DNA of 64,000 nt from Eledone cirrhosa (taxonomy: Eukaryota). Positions 54,866 to 64,000 of this stretch are shown here, in pieces (the stretch's first letter is position 1; each line of letters starts with the position of its first letter). The notes under the pieces were generated by a model. That model saw nothing but the letters and a program-made list of their open reading frames with translations. It was not told where the DNA came from and did not search any database. The stretch covers positions 270,320,001 through 270,384,000 of the forward strand of contig OZ024742.1 in assembly GCA_964016885.1 (NCBI GenBank). Reading direction: 5' to 3'. A program made the translations under genes and the position numbers.

Positions 54866-57814
54866 TCCGTCGACTAATTTAAACTGATTCACATTAGAGG
54901 GAAATTCTAATTAAAATCCATTCGAAATCCGTTGCAAGAAGATAAGCTCAAAATCACATGTATGTTTATGGAATGCCTTCTCGCCCCCATGAATAGCAAT
55001 CACACTTTCGCGTCCAAACTAAGCAAATAAGCTTATTATATTAGTAAGGGTATGGAAAGCCGGTAATGGCCTTAGGTCAGATGTAAAGCTTGGAGCCGCC
55101 AGAATGAATAAGCTTTGAAGAAATGCAAAATAAATTTTCCATTTAAAGCTCCTCAATAATATTACACTAGCCATTGTAAATACATATGATTTATGTGTGT
55201 TTATACATCTATATGTACTGTGAATTGTGTACAGGCAATTTACAAGACAGGGCAAAACATTTATAGCAGGTAATTAAACATTGAAGGTCCGTGTCAATCG
55301 ATTAATCTACGGTAGCATTGATGTACCTTGAACTTGAGTGCAAGTATATTATATGTATACGAACATGCATGCAGTAACCCTTTCACAATTTTCTTTGATT
55401 CAAACACAATCGTCTTATGACTGAATGTCTTGAATTTGCCAAAAATCCTTTATACACAGAGTGACGTTGCATTCATATATGCATAAAACATACAGCTAAA
55501 CAATATATAGACACACACTTGGTGCAAACACATACACAGATTCGCTCATCCAGACACGTAGGCACTGACTCAGACGTAAACATACAAATCAACTTTAATA
55601 TAACAAGAAATTTATCACTGACAACGTCAAAAGTTTTAATAACAACTATTTATCAATAGCAATTCTCAAACATCTTAGTGATCTATCTTCATTGATGACA
55701 ATTGTTGTCTTTTCTTGTTTATTTGTACATTAGTGTTTCTCCGTGGGTGTGTATATATGTGTGTGTAATTTTGAGTAACTATGTGTGTTTACTGGTGTAT
55801 AACGATTTATGTATTTGTTTTTAATACGTTCGTCGTCCACTTTTCATTTGGCGAGGGAAACTATATTGAAATGATTGACAAGAGCGCTGAATGAATTATA
55901 GGGAACTGGAGAAATATTATGCGTGAAAGTTCAAATTCTGCAAATATTGAAGGTACATAGAAATAACCGCCGATAGTGTTTAATTCAATTTTAGCCTAAA
56001 TCAACGGAGATATGATTAGATCCTTAACTGTTACATTTGTGTGTTTCTTTCAGACATCATGCATCTAGAGTTCCATATTCATTTGTTTAATAAGATATTG
56101 TAGTGTGATATGATGAACTAGTCATTTCTAGTCTCTTAGAGCAAGCATTTTACATATAAAACAATCCACCGCTTTAATGCACATTTACCTGGGGCATGGA
56201 AAGAAACACAAATAATTAGATAATTGTGTAAATATGAAATATTAATAAAGATTTATTACATTTAAATCAGAAACCCGTATCAGCAAATTGTATTTTAATA
56301 TATTTATTTATGTAATCTTTTTCTTATAAAATATCAGATGTTAGTCCAAAATTTCAATCGACTTAATGGCTAGTCCCATTGTGATGAATCATTTTGGAGA
56401 CCCCTGTCCTAGAAGATCCATCGTTGACTAACTTAAAATCAATAATAATCTTATTTTTATACAATTGTGCGCATCAATTTCGGAATGTATTATCTTATTT
56501 CTCAATTAAACGCGAAACGTTGGCAGTGTTACCGTTATATATGTCACGGTTTTAAATAATTTGTTGGCGTTCGATTACAGTATTTTGACCGGATACAAGA
56601 CACTAGATACATATGTTTTATTTTTCAATTGATTGTCTTAATAAAGTGATCTAATCAGACCCTGATATACATCCTAAGCCATTAGGATTTATTATTATTT
56701 TAATCGCGATAGTCTGAATTGTAAAAAAAAGAAAAACATACCGTGCCTATTTAAGAGGTGGCTGGCTACTTCATTATAGTTAGCCAAACAAAACATGTTT
56801 ATTAAATTAGGAATACAAAATAACTAGAAAACATTATTAGTTTTATAACTAACACCCCCAAATTGCTGGCCTTGTATCTTAACTAGAAACTATTAATTAG
56901 GATTACAAATAGCGATTATCCATTTCTGATTTCAAATCCTCTCAAGATCTAATGTCTCTTTCATCATTCCGGGGTCGATAAAATAAAGTATTTGTAAAGT
57001 ACCGTGACCAATATCCTCAACATTCCCCTTCGATCCCCAAAAATGTTATTGGCCTTTTGCCTAAATTGTAAATCATTAACAAGAAATTCAATGACACTAC
57101 AAATTCTGAAGTCAAATCAAATAGCAGTCAGCTTTACCCTTCACCATTCCGGGGTCAATATATCTATAATTTAAATATATGGTTGGATTAGATACCCTCT
57201 CGCGAACACACTCATAAAACGCATTATCTGCCTTGTGTTTACATTGGAAATTATCAATTATAATTATGTATGTAAAGAAATATAGATCAGTGATCTTAAC
57301 GATGCATCCGATCCAAGAAAGGGCAGTGAGATAAGATAACTCCTGAATCCAAAATTCATTAAGGGCAACATCAAATATACTAGCAACCACACATGTAATG
57401 GGCGTAAACACAGTTTCCGGAATCATGGACGGTTTGTGATTCTTCTACAAATTTTATATATTATTTTCCGAGGATATTTTACAAGGCATAAACGCACACG
57501 ATGGTCAAAGTTAAGTTTAAGATGTGCTCTTATTAAAAGTTCAAACTCAGCAGATGCTCAAATTTAGAGGACGCTCTCTTTCTCTCTCTTTATCTATCTA
57601 TTATTCTGTCAATCTTTCAGCCACTCACACACAACTCTCTCTCCCTTCTTCTCGCCCCCTCTCTTTCTCTCACCCCACTCTCTCTCTTTCTCTGGCCTTA
57701 TACATTGTTATAGGAGAGATATTGAGATGAAACATGATCACATGCTATTCGTCCATGATAAAAACATCTCACTTAGCATCTACGACTGTATGTTAATATA
57801 GGAGTTTAACCAGT

Positions 57815-57990
57815 GAAATGTGAATGTAGATTATCTCGATTTTTCGAAGGCCTTCAATAAAGCTGGTCACCAAAACATACGTCATATATTGCATGAATGT
57901 AGCGCAGTGTATTGGCTGAAATAATATTTATGGGGCAGTTTCAGCAAACAGAGCCTTCTTGATGGAAGCATGAATAGAAAATAGCGTCCC
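57815..57990 (+). mobile_element. CR1/jockey-group RT remnant
   Basis: NVDYLDFSKAFNKAGH motif. Confidence 0.5.
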
Positions 57991-58320
57991 TCAAAGTAGT
58001 GTGACGGCTGTTTGCTCTTTGTCATGGATTCTAAGAATATGTTCTCCAATGCACAGACAACCACGTTCTTAACAGATACGGTGAATATACGAATCTACCA
58101 CGGGCAGCAAGGACTGATAATGAACAACACCTAAAGCTAAACATAAATGCAATATAAGTTTGGGCTATATAAGACCTTATGCAATGTATTGGTGGGACAA
58201 TTTAAATTGCTGTTTTCAGCTAATTTAAATTTATGCACTACCACCAAACCATATATTTCGTAGAAACATTGAGACCACAAAGTGCCAATGAGTGCAAAAC
58301 ATATGAAGCAATATTTGCAA

Positions 58321-58510
58321 TAATGGTTTCTACTTTTGGCACAAGGACAGAAATTACCCCAGTGCATTACTGGTACTTTATTTTATCGAGCCCGTAAATA
58401 TGAAAGGTAAATATAACCTCAGCGGAATGTGAACTCACACCGTAAAGGGGTAAATCTATGCTGCAACGCCCGGCGTCCGAGCCTCTGCCGATACTGCTAA
58501 TCCACCGCCC
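58321..58510 (-). mobile_element. Nin-domain SINE
   Basis: Same consensus. Confidence 0.7.
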
Positions 58511-58739
58511 TGAATATTTGTAATATTTGTAATAATGCATGCCTTCATGGCAAATAGCTACAATGATGAGAAGCCGGAATTCTGAGGGAGATCCGAACGA
58601 GAATGCAAATCCACAAAATAATCTTAAGATGATTGCATAAATTGAAGCCACTCAACTCAGTAGGAAGGGAATTCTATATTATATTAAGGATAGCAAGGGT
58701 CAGTAGAAATATGGGTTTCTGCGTGCATAAAAATAAAAG

Positions 58740-61700
58740 GAAAAAAAAGGATGCCAAAAAAAGTCAAATGTAGAGGAAAACTCCCAAATAGGAGGGAGAA
58801 TCACTCGTGGAGAAATACCTCAAAAAGCCACGGTGACCCTCATTAGGGCCAGTGCCCCTCCTAGTTTTCCAACCGACACGTGCATACTCACAGCAAGCCG
58901 ATTCATTCGCCATGCTCGCATCTTTCATCCATCTTTCAACAAACTTCTGATGAGGGAGCACTTACTTCGAATTTCCTATATGAATGAAATTTGAAAAGGT
59001 TAACCAGGGCTTCGCTGAAAAAATAGATGCTCCTCTTTCTTTAGCCCTTTCAAACGTATCAACAACACGACCTCTTTCACCATGACCATCAGGTGGATAA
59101 AGGCTACGTGCCCTTCCCGGTTAAAGGAAGGCGGCGAGGCAATCTTTACAATGGATTCAGTAGGTGTTTCACAAAAAAAACATAAGTCAACAATGTTTGG
59201 ATACTCAAAGATTGCAAGCAGGACGGTTTCGTCGCACTGTTTGTGCATCATTAACGACAGGAAAAAATCAGACTTACATGTAGCGGGTATTAACAGCAGA
59301 AGGATCGCCTGATTTTCGGAGCACATCCCTTCCATATGAGCTAAAGAGCAAACGCTCTAGTGTAGTCAGGCGAGGTTTACGACAATCACGACGGTCAGGG
59401 GGTAGTAGATAACGGACACAATGAAAGCGTTCACCACATCTGCCCGATCATTCAATGACAGATTCCTCTACGTCTATTTCTGAGCGTAAGAGACCACCCT
59501 GTTCGTCAATTCGTCACAGCTTTTGTCCATTTGGAGGTACGGACTAAATCAGACCCATGGCAATTTCACCATTCAAAATGTCTAGCGCCATAAGACGCTG
59601 TTGGACGTCATTGGGCCTGACTTTCCTGGTACCGAGTTGCAGATCCCCCGACTTTTTCCTGCTAATCTATGCTCCTGTTATCTTCACCTACTCCTTGAGA
59701 CAGCGGCCAATTATCTCAATGTGCATAATTTTAAACGGTTATCTCGGTTCCTGGTTTGGTGGAAACGCCTCTTGATAGTCTACAGTTTCTGCAGTAACTA
59801 CTTCAGCGTCGATACAAATAGGAGGGACAAGAGGATACATATTGGTAGAATGAGTGAATGAAGTTGAACGGTTCCGAAAGGTGACAAAAGAGTAGATGAC
59901 GCTTTGCATGGCAGTGATCCAGCATCTGAAGACAGGCCCAAGAAGGCCGCCCCCAGACACGCATCCTGATACAGATGGTCGAAACTATCGAAGAATTCGA
60001 GTGTTCTATATTGATGAAGGCTCCACACGGGCCAGGTGTTTTAGCTACCTTCTGCATGATGTATCGCATGAGCATGTCATGGATGGATTTCCCTTCAATG
60101 GCTCATATCTGCGCTTCTGCCACCAGACTCCAGATGACAAGCGCCAACATATTCACTATAACATTGGAACAAAAGCTTCAACTCTGCGTTAAGCAGATTT
60201 ATGGGCCTGAAATTATCTTGTTCGAATCGTTGCTCACCAGCTCATCGGCTCTATATGCTGGGAATAATCCAGTTCTTCCGCCAATTGCAGTAGACGCCTG
60301 TGAAAAGGTCAGCTAACAAGTATCGCAAGAGTAAGTAAAGCCCGAAGAGCAGACCATCGAAACCTGGAGATCTACCCATTGTTCCGGTAATAATTGCCTT
60401 TTGTACTTCAGCGGCTGTTTTTAGCTTTTCACAAAACGCTAACTAAGAGGCCTAGATCTGCAACAGACCGTCGAAGTAGGCATTAAATCACATCCTACTA
60501 TCCGGCCTGCCACTGCATCCGAATAGCTGAGCGACGTGCCGCTTAGAAATGCACATATTTTCCCGGGATCGAGTAACATGCATCTCTCAGGGTCGTCCAA
60601 CGATCGGACACTGGATTTATTGCAACAACATGCCTCCACCACTCGGGACCATCAAATGGCTTTCGTCCCCTTGTGTCTCAGATCACGCGCCCTAAACTCT
60701 GACATGCAACCGTCATGCTTTGCGCTAAAGTATTGGTTGAGGGCCGCAAGCACGTCTGCCGCGATGTCTTTTCTAAGTGCCACGTGCAATTTTCTAACTA
60801 GTTCTTCGTCTACCTTGTTTTTTACTATTGTTAAAGCCTTACAGGACCAGGTAGATTCTATTTTAAACGCCCATTTCAGGGTGAACCACCGTTTGTTTGT
60901 GACTATTGCCCCCGTCAACACGCACTTAACTAATTCACTACTCCGATCACTGTATGCTTTACGTGCAGTGAGTGAATCGTTCAGCATTTAGTAGCCGGAT
61001 TTTTGTCTTTGAAGGCTATTTAAGTCGACCACACAGATAACGAATTTCTGGTCCATGTAATCGACTATCGAATTGTGGACAACCTAAGCTTCAACTTTCA
61101 ACTTCCTTACAACATACTCTATCTAGATACGATGGATGTGACAGCAGTTATCAGCCAAAGAATAACTATTATGGGCTGAACTTGGGTGACTGACTCTCTT
61201 AGGATTATCTGGCCGCAGTAGCATAGGGGCCAGAGTGAGCTCGTCGCTTTTTATTGTCATTTTCGAGTGTTCTCTATCTTCCTGTGGGGTGAGAATGAAC
61301 ACGTCAAACGTTCCATATTTTCTCCCACAAACGATGTGGGATGTTTGACCCCCAACGTGACCCAAAACCTTTTGTACACCGGACACAGAGGCCGTGCCTT
61401 TACGCTAATTGTACGGTATGATACAGTATATAGCCATCGGTGTTTCATTATGTTTGATTGAGGAGTAAAGCTGAACCTGTGTCCATTTTTTTACCATTTG
61501 TCTGGCTTCCTCCATTTTATTGCGGGTCATTGTAACCGTTTCATTTTTGTTTACATCTCTTACTGTTGTTGCTCTCGCTGCTGTTGCTGTTGTTGTTAGT
61601 TTTATTGTTGCTACTGTTGTTATTGTTTTTCATGTTATAGCTGTTACAATTTGCGTTGTCTATCTTGTCTGCGTTACTGCTATTTTCATTGCTGAATTGT

Positions 61701-62060
61701 TGGTGGTGTTGTTGTTCATGTTGTTTACTGTTATTTACTGTTATTTGTTTTCCAAGTTCTTATTTTTTGTGTTCCCACAGTTGGCTATCATGGTTTAAAT
61801 TTATTTTTTTTCGTTTCAGTTGTTATTAAGTTGGTGTTGGTGGTCTTAAAGGTGTTGGATGTGCTTGCCGGCGTTGTGGAGGTGGGCGTAGTGGCATTCA
61901 CATATGTAAATATTTGCAAAGGTGGAATATCTATTCTGGTAGCAGTTACTGCACCGTATACATTTTGCTTATTGTTGTTGTGTTGTTGTTGTCAGCGTTG
62001 TTATCAGTAGTTTTGATAATGTTAGCAACATTCATCATAGAAGTGTTGGGGGTGGTGTCA
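58740..62060 (-). mobile_element. Tx1/L1-clade LINE, third decayed copy (ORF2 58.7-61.1 kb; ORF1-like region beyond)
   Basis: ESIVKIASPPSFNREG, GLSSDAGSLPC, VLTGAIVTNKRW..KW and RARDLRHKGTK segments homologous to the other two copies. Confidence 0.75.
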
Positions 62061-62339
62061 ACGTTTGAACTGTTGTCACGTGACATATGACTCTATTAAG
62101 GGGGTTGTATTTCTTACATATTTCTTATGACCATTTTATTTTATTTTAAGAATAAATATCAAATATTTGGACCCTCGTCCCAAATATTATGGAAATTCCT
62201 TGTTAGAGAGCAATATATTTGAACCTCTCAACAGCAAAAAACACAACCTTTCCAAAACATGCAATTCAAAGCAAAATAAAATCAACAGACCTACTAGAGC
62301 TGATATCAATATGTCCGTCGAAAATGAGAAACAAAATAA

Positions 62340-62522
62340 TAATGATTTCTACTATAGGCACAAGGCTAGCAATTTTGAGGGCGGGGAAATTCGATTAAGT
62401 CGACACCAGTGTGTGACTGGTACTTTATTTTATCGAAAGGATGAAAGGCAAATCTAACCTCAGTGAGATTTGTACTCAGAACGTAAATGGCTGTCGCTAA
62501 GCATGTTGTCCGACGCTCTACT
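62340..62522 (-). mobile_element. Nin-domain SINE, long subfamily (retains the G-rich segment)
   Basis: GGCACAAGGCTAGCAATTTTGAGGGCGGGGAAATTCGATTAAGTCGACACCAGTG. Confidence 0.7.
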
Positions 62523-62904
62523 GGTAGTAATACTAATAACATTTCGGGTAAATGTTAAATTAAATAGAATGTAAAATACACTAGTAATGTAGAAAAATGT
62601 ACAAAGAAAATGTACATTAACTCTGTTCATTTGAGATATATTAGACTTTGTAAAAATGTTTTTTTTTTCTCTTAACTGAAACCTCGTATTAAGGTAAGGA
62701 TGATTTAATATAAATATAATTTCCAAATATATATTTACGGACTCATATATAAATATAAAAATATACTTTTACGCATTCACAAACGCACATTATACATACA
62801 CACAAATATCAATATATACATATATATTTATATATAGGGAGAGAGAAGAGAAAAGGGTGTCAAATAATCATCGTTAAACTATATATATATATATATATAT
62901 TTAT

Positions 62905-62968
<64 letters not shown>

Positions 62969-63502
62969 TTATTTATTTATTTATATATATGTACATTTAT
63001 ATATATATATATATATATATGAGGTCATACTGCGTTATTTTATTGGTAAGATACGTTAGGCACAATGCCTCTTTTACCCTTCGTTCTTCGGGAGCGAATA
63101 GTTATCGTAGCAGAGCATTTATAATTCAAAATTCACTAAGACCAAGGATTAAAATAATTGTTGTTCATTTACACAATTGTTGTTCATTTACACAAATACG
63201 AACGTTTCAATATAGCCAGAAATTATACATCAATATTGTAAAGAACCGAAAGATTTTCAGTTAATTAAGTCCTCATAGGCGCTTTATCCTAGGCAGTATA
63301 TCTTCGGGAAGTACAAATAGCAATAATTTCTTTAATATAACAAATGAAGCAACAATTACATTGAATTCATCGTACAAAATCATAAAACCAAGAGCATGTA
63401 CTTATGAACATACTTAGTGGATAAGCAATTTAAAAGTTTATGTGTGTTAATCATGCAAATGTTAAAATATATTATAATTGTCAATTGGTTAAATTAAGGT
63501 TG

Positions 63503-63562
<60 letters not shown>

Positions 63563-64000
63563 TTGTTTTGCGAGGTTTTTTATATGAAATCGTGTGTCAA
63601 AACAAATATTGTTATACTTGGGGAGGGTCATATTTGTGTAATAATATTGCCAGAATTAATAACAGAACACACTCACTAATTCGTTGGTTTTCGCTTCTGT
63701 ATCTTTTATATCAGTTAATTTATTCAGTCCTCAATGAATGTTTGCCATTCATTGACCAACGGTCAAACATACAGATACAATATAGACACAAATACATATA
63801 TATAGTTTAACAAAGTTCTTTCGTTGCACATCTGTAACATCGTCAGTGGTGCTATTATGTTTCCTCCTGTTGTATTGTATGTCTACGCCATCTTTATTTA
63901 ATCTGTTTATTTATTTATTTATTTATTTATTTATTTTTGTCTTCTTCTCTGCGCATGCGTTTACGTGTGTGTATAGTGTTTTGTTTGATGTGTGTTCGTG

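Noticed and set aside
57112-57450. Possible exon KNHKPSMIPETVFTPITCVVASIFDVALNEFW..
   Set aside because: Weak splice sites and no recognisable family; cannot be supported without RNA data.
58947-58975. CTGATGA-GGGAG..CTTC-GAAT hammerhead-like motif
   Set aside because: GAAT instead of GAAA, no stem I or III, and it lies within Tx1 LINE sequence.
63819-63846. Minus-strand CTGACGA-stem II-GAAA as a functional hammerhead
   Set aside because: No stem I partner or NUH site downstream; counted only as a remnant.

Overview
AT-rich, microsatellite-dense animal genomic DNA, most likely an octopus/coleoid cephalopod intron or intergenic region (inferred from the tRNA-derived Nin-domain SINE family and the repeat landscape, not from a database match). 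No confidently identifiable host gene is present; almost all listed ORFs are microsatellite artefacts or decayed retrotransposon fragments (Tx1/L1, R4/Dong, RTE, CRE, CR1). The most notable signal is a set of Penelope-like element (PLE, Naiad-like) derivatives embedded in (TA)n arrays. It includes an open GIY-YIG endonuclease ORF at an inversion junction and at least five recognisable type I hammerhead ribozyme motifs from unrelated sequence families, among them a U3:A8 core variant and one with a ~80-nt stem II. It also includes a non-autonomous element with perfect 117-bp ribozyme-bearing inverted repeats around a decayed ORF, a 526-bp terminally redundant retrozyme-like unit, and several short tail-out palindromes that begin in or next to hammerhead sequence. 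All coordinates and folds were read by eye; boundaries of decayed elements are approximate.
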